Origin: a virus
Virus record (IMG/VR): IMGVR_UViG_3300017754_002544
Location: 60,114-124,113 of that record
Direction: 5' to 3' (one strand)
Length of the DNA stretch: 64,000 nt
The notes below the pieces were generated by a model. It made no database searches, was not told where the DNA came from, and saw only the letters and a list, made by a program, of their open reading frames with translations. The translations under genes and the position numbers were made by a program. The stretch's first letter is position 1; every line of letters starts with the position of its first letter. Shown here one piece after another: positions 8,354 to 18,767 of the stretch.

Positions 8354-9342
8354 TTTTTAGATTTTAATTCTTTTATAAACTCTTCTACCTCTTTCTTCTT
8401 GTGCTCAACAACTTCTTTCGTATCACTACTAAACATTTTATTGTTGATGTACAAACACTTCAAGACATCTTCTAGCATCTCCCAATCTTTCTTAGGAACT
8501 TTTTTACCTTTAAAAGCTTTTATTATACCCTCCTTAACTTCTTGATTTAACTCTTTTGTTATGGATAATTTATGTAAAACATTTCCGCTTGATACCTCTG
8601 AATCTAGATTTAATTTATCAAGATAAACAACATCCTCAAATTGGAAGATATCCTCATACTTGAATCTTCTTATAACATTAAATGTTGCTATAGCATCTTT
8701 ATTGCAATAATCAGTAATACCCTGTATGTTACCATTAAAGTATTCTCTTCCCACTTCATCTCCAACCATATCAACTTTAGATATCGGGATGTTAAGACAT
8801 ACACATAAAGCTTGTAATGAAGAACCTGCACCTGTACCACCAAGTTTCCATAGTGTATTGGTACAAGTATTCAATGTCTCCCATGGCTTTTTATCGCTAT
8901 CGTCAAGCAATCTTGGAATAGGAATCTGATTAATTAGATATCTTTTACCAAGGAAGGGATAATCAAAGAACTTTGATGCATGGCCTACTAACCTATAGTG
9001 GGGGCTGCTACTTGATATTCTATCTAAGAACTCAGATAATTCAGTTAGGATTTTAGCTTCGTCTTCCCCCGAAAAACTTTTGCACATTAGATTCTTACCA
9101 GCTTTATCTAAGAAAGCAAGACTTACTACACAAACTTTAGAGAATTCAGCATACAATGAAGATGTTTTACTCCATAGTTCTGATAACTCTTCAATTGATG
9201 GTATCTCACCATCTTGCTTATGCTTGTACTCCCAAGCTTCTTGATACAATTCGGACAAGTCGCTGAAGTTCTCAGCAATTCTAACTGTCTCGATATCGAT
9301 AGCTACAAAATGTTGGCTATCTACTCTACTTAACACTTTCAT
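8350..9342 (-). CDS. DEDDy 3'-5' exonuclease (stand-alone PolB-exo-like)
   Basis: IDIET, GH...FDYPFL, YCNKD motifs. Confidence 0.8.
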   Translation of the reverse strand: MKVLSRVDSQHFVAIDIETVRIAENFSDLSELYQEAWEYKHKQDGEIPSIEELSELWSKTSSLYAEFSKVCVVSLAFLDKAGKNLMCKSFSGEDEAKILTELSEFLDRISSSSPHYRLVGHASKFFDYPFLGKRYLINQIPIPRLLDDSDKKPWETLNTCTNTLWKLGGTGAGSSLQALCVCLNIPISKVDMVGDEVGREYFNGNIQGITDYCNKDAIATFNVIRRFKYEDIFQFEDVVYLDKLNLDSEVSSGNVLHKLSITKELNQEVKEGIIKAFKGKKVPKKDWEMLEDVLKCLYINNKMFSSDTKEVVEHKKKEVEEFIKELKSKK

Positions 9343-9361
9343 ATTGTTGGTTTATTATATA

Positions 9362-9940
9362 CTATTTAACGTCCTTTAAATCATGGTATTGGACTTCTCT
9401 ACATTCACTAGCTAAGGCATCACTAAACATCTTAATTGAATCTCCAACTTTGTGGAATTCCTGGTAAAGGCCATAAGAAACTGATGCTAATGAAATGTAT
9501 TCTTGATATACTCCTGAAGCTCCAACTAACTCTCTTAAGGCTGAAGCAGAAGATGCTTTCATTTTAGATTGAAAGTCTTTATTATCCGCTAACTCTAACA
9601 TACCTGTAGCTCTAGCTTCAGTCTTCCTTTCTTCATGGAATATTTTTGATTTGTTAACCTCGAATGCAAGATCGTCTGAGAAGTCTCTAGATAAGAAGCT
9701 TAACTCCATTCTAAGTTCATGTAAGGAATTGTAAGGTCTAGGTAGAGGTATTTGTCTATATCTATCAGTAATAGATTTAAACTTACTTTTATACTCTTCT
9801 AACCTATCTTTTAATTCAACTAGATGAAAATAGTTTTGAGATAGATGTAATGTTTCTACAACCTCAACTAAAGCTTCAATAGCTTTCTCTTGAGTGTTAG
9901 CTTGTAGAATAATTGGTATTAGTTTTTCTGATTTATTCAT
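9362..9940 (-). CDS. hypothetical protein
   Basis: 192-aa ORF, TATATTTG promoter at 9945-9952. Confidence 0.6.
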   Translation of the reverse strand: MNKSEKLIPIILQANTQEKAIEALVEVVETLHLSQNYFHLVELKDRLEEYKSKFKSITDRYRQIPLPRPYNSLHELRMELSFLSRDFSDDLAFEVNKSKIFHEERKTEARATGMLELADNKDFQSKMKASSASALRELVGASGVYQEYISLASVSYGLYQEFHKVGDSIKMFSDALASECREVQYHDLKDVK

Positions 9941-9958
9941 ACTACAAATATAATAAAA

Positions 9959-10294
9959 TTATAGATTCTTTATGTTATTTTTTGTATTATTTTCATCATC
10001 TTTTCTTCTTTTGTAACTTTTCCCTCTTAGATGTGGATTATCTTCTTGTATCTTTTGCCTAACTCTTCTTATACTTTCTGAGTGTGTCAACTTTCCGGTG
10101 GCAAACATCTCTAAAAAATCTAATGCAGACATAGTGTTTATATCGTCATGTCCGACTTCATAAAAATAGTAGTTAGCTATAAGCTTAAAATCATTATCTC
10201 TTAAATGTGGATATGTGTCTAATAAGAATTTAACTTTGTCCTTTATGGACTTCATTTGATTAATCAGCATGACCTTTTGATTTTCTATATTCAA
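9959..10294 (-). CDS. conserved phage protein
   Basis: V..LL..YPHLRDND..L and ESIRR.RQKIQE..PHLRG pattern. Confidence 0.6.
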   Translation of the reverse strand: MNIENQKVMLINQMKSIKDKVKFLLDTYPHLRDNDFKLIANYYFYEVGHDDINTMSALDFLEMFATGKLTHSESIRRVRQKIQEDNPHLRGKSYKRRKDDENNTKNNIKNL

Positions 10295-10649
10295 TTTCTT
10301 TTTTGATCAAAGCTATATGCCAATCAGGTCCACCATAATCAAGCACAGCTTCAAGGTAATCATCGTCCATATCGCATATCGCAATCCACGATAATGGTTG
10401 TCTACCATCCTTACCTCTACCACCTCTTGTTGCATATTTTCTAACTATTTCAAAAGGTTCGTCATCATATACTGCAAATCCTTTGATTTTACTTAAGTCC
10501 TTTGCTCCATATCTTAAGTACGCTGTGCCACCATCTACCATTGCCTCATTTGGGCAGGAACAAGTCTTATAATCATGTCTATGATAACTAACTATTGTTT
10601 CATTACATTCTAAACACGTAACTGAATTGTATACTAATTGCCTATCCAT
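10260..10649 (-). CDS. Zn-binding phage protein
   Basis: CxxC...S.HRHDY..CxC...VDGG..YLR. Confidence 0.65.
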   Translation of the reverse strand: MDRQLVYNSVTCLECNETIVSYHRHDYKTCSCPNEAMVDGGTAYLRYGAKDLSKIKGFAVYDDEPFEIVRKYATRGGRGKDGRQPLSWIAICDMDDDYLEAVLDYGGPDWHIALIKKEIEYRKSKGHAD

Positions 10650-11541
10650 ATTAATTTATTTTTGATACATAAAGTATTTCTTTATCCGGAAACCTTTTCT
10701 CAAATTCTTTTATAGCTTGAGAGTATCCATCAGCATTAATATTAATTCCCGTACACAACTCTTTACCAATTATGTAGCATACATGATAATTATTTTTCAT
10801 CTTCTGTAAATTTTAATAATTAATAACTATTATTTATTCTTAAGTCTAATTCTCTTTCATAAAAATAAGGACAACACCATTTTCTTTCATCGCAGTCAAG
10901 CTTAACCATTGTTCCATTATAGCAACCCACTTGAATCACAGTCGCCCATCCACTAAGATTAGTCTTAACCCTATCTCCTACTTTTAATTCATCAAATGAT
11001 TTCATATTTAAAATCATTAGTTTGTCCTATAGTATCACCTACATCATTACTATGAAGAACTATTAATATATTTTCTTTGTCGTTTAATAATGATTTAAAC
11101 CATTCAAGTTCTTCTTCATCAGCATGACTATACCATAAGTCATCTTCAACTTCTATTGTTGCTTCAATTTTTATTTTCATTACTCTGATTTATAAGTTAT
11201 TATTTTTAATATTTAAATTAACTATTTAACACCAATCCCTTCTCCATCAATGTATAATAACTTTACTATTTCACCATTACCTATAATCGTTAAAGTGGGG
11301 TATTCATCATTTGGAATAGGATGAGTTGGCTTTATTTCATAATTATATTCATAGCAAATTTTATCAACTTTATCAATAAATTCTTTCATTTTATTTGTCA
11401 TTCTATTCTGATTTAAAAGTTTTACACATTGATTCAAAACTGTTGTTGTATACAAATCTTCTCATCTTTGGATTCATTGACATAAATGTTGCCCAACATC
11501 TTTTTCTTAACCAATCAGGTAGTTGTTTACTGTACTTCATT

Positions 11542-11751
11542 CTATTCTGATTTAAAGGTTTTTTCTTCACAACAAATATTAGGCATAATACCAAATACTT
11601 CCTCAATAGTTGCTTCATCATATCCATCAAGTTTTAATGCTAATTCAATAGCATTTCTTATCGCATAAGCATAAGTACAAGTGTGTGTATCAATAGTCAC
11701 TAATGGTCTTTGAGTGCTATCAAAATCTCTATTGTCAATAATTATTCTCAT
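11542..11751 (-). CDS. small cassette protein ending TFKSE
   Basis: bounded on both sides by the junction repeat. Confidence 0.7.
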   Translation of the reverse strand: MRIIIDNRDFDSTQRPLVTIDTHTCTYAYAIRNAIELALKLDGYDEATIEEVFGIMPNICCEEKTFKSE

Positions 11752-11848
11752 TCTATTCTGATTTAAAGGTTTATAAATTCTATAACTACCAATGGTTGTT
11801 CTTCATTCTCTGATTTTAGTCTCATATTTATTCTGATTTAAAGGTTTC
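11747..11848. repeat. 102-bp exact duplication (copy 1; copy 2 at 23124-23225)
   Basis: base-by-base identity; repeat, 20-codon ORF, repeat. Confidence 0.9.
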
Positions 11849-12025
11849 TTGGTAGTATTCTTCTGCATAAAATCTTGCTGATTCACAAGTAGGATAACAA
11901 TGGTCTGATGCAGCATCAATTATTTGTTGTTTTTCCATTTCTTTGGATTGTTTAAATGCTTCTTTTATAGGCATTGTTCCTTCACTTAATTGATATTCCA
12001 ACCACTCTACTGCTGTCTGTTTCAT
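11828..12025 (-). CDS. KQTAVEWL...TFKSE family paralog 1
   Basis: shared motifs AVEWL, KEMEKQQIIDA, YY.ETFKSE. Confidence 0.75.
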   Translation of the reverse strand: MKQTAVEWLEYQLSEGTMPIKEAFKQSKEMEKQQIIDAASDHCYPTCESARFYAEEYYQETFKSE

Positions 12026-12043
12026 CTTATTCTGATTTAAAGG

Positions 12044-12229
12044 TTATCCCCAAATATTATATATTATTATAACACAAGTTGCAAATCCACCAATTATTGA
12101 AATAGCATAAAAAACAATAGGCATTATACCTGTTTGTTGCTCATACCATTGTCCAAAAATTGGTATTAATAGTGATGTGATTGAAACACAAAATATTACT
12201 AAAATTGTTTTTAAAATTCTTTTATCCAT
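12044..12229 (-). CDS. small two-TM membrane protein
   Basis: starts at the repeat ATG (MDKRILK); two hydrophobic segments. Confidence 0.6.
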   Translation of the reverse strand: MDKRILKTILVIFCVSITSLLIPIFGQWYEQQTGIMPIVFYAISIIGGFATCVIIIYNIWG

Positions 12230-12233
12230 CTTA

Positions 12234-12458
12234 TTATAATTTAAAAGTTTTATTGTAATAATGATTAAAACCAAGACCATCTTCCCCTGAGTCTAAAATT
12301 CCAAAGCAATAGGAATCTTCCATCTGCTCCTTCTCCATTGCTTTGGCTTGTTCAAATCTTTTAATCCAATGTGTATCAAGACCTCCCCATTCTTTAAAGA
12401 TTTCTTGAAATTCATTTTCTAACCATTCTACTGCTGTTTGTTTTTCCATTCTTTCCAT
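12234..12458 (-). CDS. KQTAVEWL family paralog 2
   Basis: MEKQTAVEWL...QAKAMEKEQM...YYNKTFKL. Confidence 0.75.
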   Translation of the reverse strand: MERMEKQTAVEWLENEFQEIFKEWGGLDTHWIKRFEQAKAMEKEQMEDSYCFGILDSGEDGLGFNHYYNKTFKL

Positions 12459-12583
12459 GTGTCAAAGTCTTTTAGTTTTTCCATTTGTTCCTGCATCCAT
12501 TTAGCACCTGCTATCCAGTTATCTGTTTTACATAAATTAGGATCAGCTAAGTTAGCTGCAGCTTCTTCTATTTCTTTATCCAT
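12428..12583 (-). CDS. MDKE.E.AA...AGAKW family small protein
   Basis: 51-aa ORF read manually; paralog of 24596..24823. Confidence 0.55.
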   Translation of the reverse strand: MDKEIEEAAANLADPNLCKTDNWIAGAKWMQEQMEKLKDFDTWKEWKNKQQ

Positions 12584-12760
12584 ATCAAATCTTTTTAAGT
12601 ATTAACAAATTTCAAAGAAAATATACCTAATGTAGCAATAGATGCTACACCTAATATAAATACAGCAACTTCTAAACCATGTATTTTCCATACATAAGAC
12701 ACTGCTAACACAAGTATTAAAAATTGAATAATTATAAAAAATATTATCAGTGCTACCATA

Positions 12761-13240
12761 TCAAATCTTTTTAGTTAATATAAGACATCCTTCTGAGTCA
12801 AGTTTTGGTACTAAACAATCAGACATTTTTTCTATATCAGAGTGCTTCCACATAAGATAATCTTCACGCATCTCAATCTCAACTTCTATCTCACTTGGTT
12901 GTAATAAAGCAACTAATTCGGTAAATGTTCTGTTAGGATGATTTTCTAAGGAGTTAAATGCTTTTCTAATATTAGATAAAGTAAACACCTTATCTTTATT
13001 CAACTCCATTGCTTTGTTGAAGCCTGCAATAAAATCTTCTGGATCATAAGAATGTGCAAATTTACTTCCATATTCCTCAGCCAACTTCTCAATATCAAAT
13101 ATTCCAAATAGTGAGTCACAGTTTTCAAATGATAACAGATACATTTCTTTTGAGGGCACTCTTGTTCCTGTGCTTCCAATTTGTTTATCTTCTACAAACA
13201 ATCGGTAGTGGTCTTTGTCTTTCCTAAGTTTTGCTTTCAT
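12761..13240 (-). CDS. hypothetical phage protein
   Basis: 159-aa ORF. Confidence 0.6.
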   Translation of the reverse strand: MKAKLRKDKDHYRLFVEDKQIGSTGTRVPSKEMYLLSFENCDSLFGIFDIEKLAEEYGSKFAHSYDPEDFIAGFNKAMELNKDKVFTLSNIRKAFNSLENHPNRTFTELVALLQPSEIEVEIEMREDYLMWKHSDIEKMSDCLVPKLDSEGCLILTKKI

Positions 13241-13727
13241 CTTCTAATTTTTTAAGTTGTTCTTTAAATGTTTCCAAAGTAATTGTTACATTTAAAATAT
13301 TTACACCTTCGGTTAATAATTCAGTCAGTAAATCAATCTGTGCCTTAATCTTTATGATGTTTACCCATCTATAGAATTCTTCTTCATTAATATTTTTCAT
13401 ATTATTTTCTTTTACTTTTACCTACTATATAACCAAAAATAAACCATAGAACAAACCCTATGTGTGCTATAACTAATACCAATGTCATACTATAAATTAT
13501 TTTTAATGTACTCTAATACTTCAGGAGAAGCACTAGCTTTAAACTTACTCTGATTAATGTGATCAAACATTCTATAGAATACCATAGCATTGTCTTGTAT
13601 ATTATCAAAGCTGTTTATTCTATCTAGTTTCTCCGTGACATAACCATACTGGTTATCATAAGTATTCCATATATCTGTGGCAATACTTTTCATCTCATTA
13701 AATATTTCTTGACTTGGTGTTTCCATA

Positions 13728-14090
13728 TTATTTTAGTTTTAAAATTTCTGTTACAATATACTGCACTAGATATGCATATACTTCTTCTGTTTCATATCCT
13801 GGTTGTATACCTATTCTACTTAATATAGAATAAGCTGCATGATAAGCTTCATGTGCTACTAAACCAATCATTTTTGCATCTCTGCCTATTTTGTCTCTAA
13901 ATCTAACTATAACAAATCCATCACTATGAGTAGCAGTTCTAGCATCTGATCTTTTCCAATCATCAAATGCAAAATCAAACTGCTCTCTAGTAAACTTACT
14001 ACATACAGCATCATATAGCTTATCATCTGATTGATTTATAGATACTAATACATCTGTATTAAATACATCTATTGGTATTACTTTGAACAT
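13728..14090 (-). CDS. HExxH-motif protein
   Basis: VAHEAYHAA...EEVYAYL; start placed at MFKVIP, downstream of the terminator. Confidence 0.55.
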   Translation of the reverse strand: MFKVIPIDVFNTDVLVSINQSDDKLYDAVCSKFTREQFDFAFDDWKRSDARTATHSDGFVIVRFRDKIGRDAKMIGLVAHEAYHAAYSILSRIGIQPGYETEEVYAYLVQYIVTEILKLK

Positions 14091-14111
14091 TTTATTCTCA
14101 TTTAAAATATT

Positions 14112-14157
14112 AAAAAAAGGAGAGGTGTCTCCGACGACCAAGTGTTAACACCTCTCC
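14112..14157 (-). terminator. intrinsic terminator
   Basis: GGAGAGGTGT/ACACCTCTCC 10-bp stem followed by T7. Confidence 0.7.
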
Positions 14158-14758
14158 ATAAGCTACAAAAACAGTATGAATACTGAGTTTGGATGAGCAG
14201 TTTAATATTATGCTCAGAATAATTATTACTTATTTGTAAGTATTTATTTCTTTATTAGTCAACCTTGAAAGTAGCACCAGAGCATTATAATCATGTGTTC
14301 TTTTTTTATCTATTACTTCTAATAAATTATCAATGTCATAGAGAACTTCCCATAAGTACTCTTCCCTCCTGTTTTCTTCAATAAATGCTTGTTCAACTTC
14401 CTGTATTAAATCAATTACTATTTGACTATAATTTTCCATATTATAAAAAGAATCATGACTTAGTTCTTTTAATGTTTCCATATTACTTAGTTTTAAATAT
14501 TAAATTATTTGAAGGACTCTTTGTATTTCCCATACTTTTTGTTGAGCAGCATATTTCATCAATTTTTCAAACACATTCTCTAATGTATCAGTATCATATA
14601 CCTTGATAGAATCACCATTTAACTTAAAAGAATTTCTGTCTTCTTCAAATCCTAAATTTTTTAAAGCATTTTTTATTTCATTAATTCTATTCTCTTGCTT
14701 AGATGCTTTTTGATTTTCTCTCATTTTTTGTAGAATTTCTTCTGGTATGTGTGTCATA

Positions 14759-15073
14759 TTACTTAGTTTTAGTTAATACTTTATGTTTATATCTTCTGTG
14801 GTCTCTCATAGTAGCAGCCCATTCTTCACCACCTTTGTAGTAGATCATAGTACCACCTCTAGCAGCTCTGTTTGCTAAATCTCTTTCTTTCTTCTTAGGA
14901 TCCTGTATAAAAGTGATTAGTCTCCTGGATACTTTAAACATCTTGGCTAGCTTCCTCTGACTTAGCCCTTGTTTAGTCCAGTATAAAACCATCTCTTTTT
15001 GACAAGGAAGAAGCTTAACTCTCCTGTCTAAGAATGGAGAATCAAGCTTCATTTTATCTGTCTTGTAAGGCAT
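14759..15073 (-). CDS. HTH DNA-binding protein
   Basis: GLSQRKLAKMFKVSRRLI helix-turn-helix. Confidence 0.65.
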   Translation of the reverse strand: MPYKTDKMKLDSPFLDRRVKLLPCQKEMVLYWTKQGLSQRKLAKMFKVSRRLITFIQDPKKKERDLANRAARGGTMIYYKGGEEWAATMRDHRRYKHKVLTKTK

Positions 15074-15076
15074 TAT

Positions 15077-15490
15077 TTAAAGACTATCTAAACATTTTTG
15101 CACCCATTTAGTACTAAACCAACAGAAACCTTCACCTAAAAACACTTTTGCATTTTTAGATATAGATATAATATCAATTGTTTGATCTGAAAATGTTAGT
15201 GTTTTAGATTCTTTGGTCTCTATAACTGATTTAACTAAATTAAAAAAATCAATAACATCTTGTTTAGAAGAAAACTTTATTGTTTTATACTCTACTATTT
15301 GTTGATACTGGCAATCTCTAAATATTAAAATATATTCATGTATAGAAGTAGAATCTATCGCTTTATATATAGCATGAAACCCCATTTTATGTTGATAAAT
15401 CCGATCATACTTAGGAGTATCTTCTACTTTAATTTGTGCGTTAGTATTTAAACTAAAAAATATTGCTAGTGTTAAAATTAAATTTTTCAT
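15077..15490 (-). CDS. secreted hypothetical protein
   Basis: Bacteroidota-type signal peptide MKNLILTLAIFFSLNTNAQ. Confidence 0.6.
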   Translation of the reverse strand: MKNLILTLAIFFSLNTNAQIKVEDTPKYDRIYQHKMGFHAIYKAIDSTSIHEYILIFRDCQYQQIVEYKTIKFSSKQDVIDFFNLVKSVIETKESKTLTFSDQTIDIISISKNAKVFLGEGFCWFSTKWVQKCLDSL

Positions 15491-16105
15491 ACTTTTTATT
15501 TTATTATTTGTTTTTCAATTGTATTTAATAAACTTTGAACGTCCTCAAACTTTGAGAATCTAATTGCAGGAAAGGTATCAAAAAATTCTACATACCATTC
15601 ATCTTCATTATCTATTTCAGTATTTGCATTAGATATTAACTCAAGACCATTTACTATCTTGTAGACATAGTATCTAAATGGCTTATCTCCACTTTCTTGA
15701 GATGATACATATATCTTTTCAAATTTTAGTAATTCTATTTCTTTTTCTGTCATTTTGAAAATATTAAAATTAAAACTATTCCTAATACGATTGCTAATAT
15801 AGTCAATTGTATCATATCTTTGCAATCTTCTTTCATAATTTTTTTGACAAATCTATTAACATTTGCTCCTGATCACTTGTGAGTAAGTATCTAGACTTGT
15901 TTATCTTATCTATAACCTCGTGCCATTCATAGTCAATAGCTGATGGAGATGTTACTTCGTTTATATTTCTTCTAGAAATTATAACAAAACCATCTTCTTC
16001 TAGCATTTCAGCTAACTCCTTTTTTTCTCTATCACATAAGTCATAATAAATATCGTCTATGTCTAAATCTACGGTTACTTCTGTTCTCATAATTTACATT
16101 TTAAA

Positions 16106-16618
16106 TTAAACACTTAATTCTTCCTTATTTACAATTGATTTTAGTTTTTCAACATATGTAGGATCACCTGCATAGTTATTCTTTAGGTATTGATAATAAT
16201 CCTTCTTACTTTTAATCTTAAATACAAATGTTGATTGGTATAGTGCGTAATCATACACCGATTGCTCCCAGGATGAATACTTAGCGTGTTTTAAGTATTC
16301 TCCGGAATTTGTAGTAGGTCTAATACTAGCGACCTTCATACCGAATAAGTTGTTTCCAACGCTAAAAGACTTAGATTTAAAATGTCCTGATTCCAATACA
16401 GCTTGAGCATAAACTATCTCAGGATACTTTAAATTTAACTTATCTATCAACTCTTTTAGTTTTTCTTGAGAGAACTCCTCTCCATTTTTATAAACAAATA
16501 CAATCTTTTCAGTTGGTTTTTTATAGTCTTCAACAACCTTAGACAACTTTTCTGATTCTTTACAAGAACCTACTAGCAATACTATTGCTAGAGCTTTTAA
16601 TACATTTCCTATTTTCAT
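16106..16618 (-). CDS. GH73 glucosaminidase-like peptidoglycan hydrolase, probable lipoprotein
   Basis: AQAVLESG, NNLFGMK, YAGDPTY motifs; LVGSC lipobox. Confidence 0.8.
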   Translation of the reverse strand: MKIGNVLKALAIVLLVGSCKESEKLSKVVEDYKKPTEKIVFVYKNGEEFSQEKLKELIDKLNLKYPEIVYAQAVLESGHFKSKSFSVGNNLFGMKVASIRPTTNSGEYLKHAKYSSWEQSVYDYALYQSTFVFKIKSKKDYYQYLKNNYAGDPTYVEKLKSIVNKEELSV

Positions 16619-17466
16619 AACTTCTTTCCTTATTTCGTATCACTATCATCGTTTTATTATCTACGCCATTTATTGTTTATGAAACCATCGGCCATACAAA
16701 TAAGCCAAGAGCCTCCAATAACAATAATTAATATCCATTGTATTGCATTAGGTTGAGCAGCTAAAATCATATCTCTATTGTTTTTGATAAGTTAATAATT
16801 AATTCGTCATAATTCTTAATCATTTCATCAGCTACAAGTTTTAGTCTATCATCTGTTGTAGTTTTGAAATTACTATCTAAATGGTATTGTAAAGTCCTCT
16901 GAGGAATCTCAATACCAATACTCTTTAGTACATGGTGAAGGTCTAGAGTACTTATTCTTCTTTCTTTCATTCTGTAATAAACTTTTCTATCTAATGCTTC
17001 TGTTGAACTATTCATCTATTTCATTTTTTATTTTTTTTAATACATCATCGGCTGCGTCAGCCATTCTATTTAAGTCATCTTCTATTTCAGTACTTCCAAA
17101 GTTCTCTACTTCATTCCTCACTTTCATATACTTAGCTAACATTCTCAATCGTCTAGGTGGAATTATTAACAAAGTGTTTGCAAGTTCAATGGAATATTTT
17201 TTCAAAACTTCATACTCTTTATCAGTTAACATATCATTACTTTTTTATGTATATAGGTTGATCAATTACTTGATACTCACAAGAGTCCTTATCCTCTATA
17301 GCTTTTATTCCTTCAACAGAGTATATTGATACACTAACTATAGAAAAGGTAAAAGCAATTATAATAGGAATTAAATACTTAGGATTAAGCTTTTCAGACA
17401 ATAACATAATTGCATAGAGGCAAGCTCCATAAATAAAAGATAAACATATTATTAAGTGTAGTAGCA

Positions 17467-17829
17467 TCATAGCTTATTTAATTTTTCATTAATCCTTTCT
17501 TTAACAATTTCTATATCATCATTTGTTGGTACATAGTCATTGTATAATTCTTTTGGTACACTGTCCCAAGCATCTGAGTAGTTGGTGACGTTAAAGCCTC
17601 TACTTAAACACTCATCGTATATAGATAAATATCTAATCTTAAGATACTTAAGCTTATCATAGAAGAACTTAACATGACCTTTACCTAATGTGAACTTGTC
17701 TGGTTTACCATCCAATGAATATCTTCCTGACTTTATTACATTTGGTATCCTTTTTATTTCTCTATGTTCAGCTATCAAATGTTTGCTATGCAAATTCTTT
17801 GGAGGTATTCCACAATTAATTCTAGTCAT
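17467..17829 (-). CDS. denV: pyrimidine-dimer DNA glycosylase (T4 endonuclease V-like)
   Basis: MTRIN...HLIAEHREIKRI...FTLGKGHVKFFYDKLKYL. Confidence 0.9.
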   Translation of the reverse strand: MTRINCGIPPKNLHSKHLIAEHREIKRIPNVIKSGRYSLDGKPDKFTLGKGHVKFFYDKLKYLKIRYLSIYDECLSRGFNVTNYSDAWDSVPKELYNDYVPTNDDIEIVKERINEKLNKL

Positions 17830-18000
17830 TCTGTATCTCTAAATAATGTTTAGCTTTATCTATTGCTCTATAATAGTAGTCCCAGGTTAATCCCATTCTA
17901 CTTAGTTCATCCTGGAATTCAGTACACGTATTTTTATTATCTAACATCACTGTGTAAAATAATAATGTTCTAATTAAATCTTTCTCCATTCTATTATGAT

Positions 18001-18222
18001 TTAAAGATTTTCTATTTCTTGTTTAACTTCTTGCCAGTATTTAATTATTGAATAATATTCAGAATTTAATATACCAGTATAATTATTATAATTTATGACT
18101 TCATTAACTGCAATTAAAGCAATTAATATAGCATCTTCTGTATATATTGTTACGTGTCTTTGCTCGAATAAATCATCTTTAAATTTATTTACCAACTCTT
18201 TTGCTTTCTCTTTTGGTGTCAT
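18001..18222 (-). CDS. small cassette protein MTPKEKAKELV
   Basis: bounded by junction repeats. Confidence 0.65.
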   Translation of the reverse strand: MTPKEKAKELVNKFKDDLFEQRHVTIYTEDAILIALIAVNEVINYNNYTGILNSEYYSIIKYWQEVKQEIENL

Positions 18223-18223
18223 T

Positions 18224-18538
18224 TTATTCTGATTTACTTTCTACAATCTCAATACAGTATTTAAGACAAGCAAGTTCTGCTTCTTCATAGGTGTACTCAC
18301 CAGTATCTAACAATTCATCCATAATCCAAATGTGTTTCAATCTGTGCTTTTCTCTAAACCATCTAAATGCTTGTTGAAATAGTGGTGCTTTAAAATCAAT
18401 TGTTCTTGCTTCATCATCAATAAGGTCTGCAAGAATATAGTCATTTTCACCTTTCCACCAATACATAAAACAAGGCTCATCAAATCCAAGTTGCTTCATT
18501 CTTAAAGCTAACTCATAAGATACAAATTCTTTTTTCAT
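18224..18538 (-). CDS. small cassette protein MKKEFVSYELAL
   Basis: starts at the repeat ATG, ends SKSE. Confidence 0.65.
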   Translation of the reverse strand: MKKEFVSYELALRMKQLGFDEPCFMYWWKGENDYILADLIDDEARTIDFKAPLFQQAFRWFREKHRLKHIWIMDELLDTGEYTYEEAELACLKYCIEIVESKSE

Positions 18539-18539
18539 G

Positions 18540-18767
18540 CTATTCTGATTTAAATGTTTCGTTGTAGTATTGTTCTGCTTTTTTATCATCATATCCATAA
18601 TAAACATTTTCTGTAATTAATCCTTTGTCAAAAGCATCAATAATCTGCTGTTTCTCCATTTCTTTTGCTTGTTGAACTAAGTCCCTAAATAATTGAGAAT
18701 GTTTAACATGAGGGAAATCTTTTAGGTTTTTAGCTAACCACTCTACTGCACTTTTTTGGTTTTCCAT
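18540..18767 (-). CDS. KQTAVEWL family paralog 3
   Basis: SAVEWL...QAKEMEKQQIIDA...AEQYYNETFKSE. Confidence 0.75.
   Translation of the reverse strand: MENQKSAVEWLAKNLKDFPHVKHSQLFRDLVQQAKEMEKQQIIDAFDKGLITENVYYGYDDKKAEQYYNETFKSE

Larger units (their letters stand above)
11178..12251 (-). repeat. cluster of 7 gene-junction repeats AAACYTTTAAATCAGAATARNATG
   Basis: copies whose ATG maps to 11178, 11399, 11538, 11749, 11823, 12023, 12227. Confidence 0.9.
17986..18560 (-). repeat. three further junction repeats
   Basis: ATGs at 17987, 18220, 18536. Confidence 0.75.

Noticed and set aside
11178-12251. CRISPR array
   Set aside because: Spacers are 50-200 bp, irregular and protein-coding; the repeat is non-palindromic; no cas genes.
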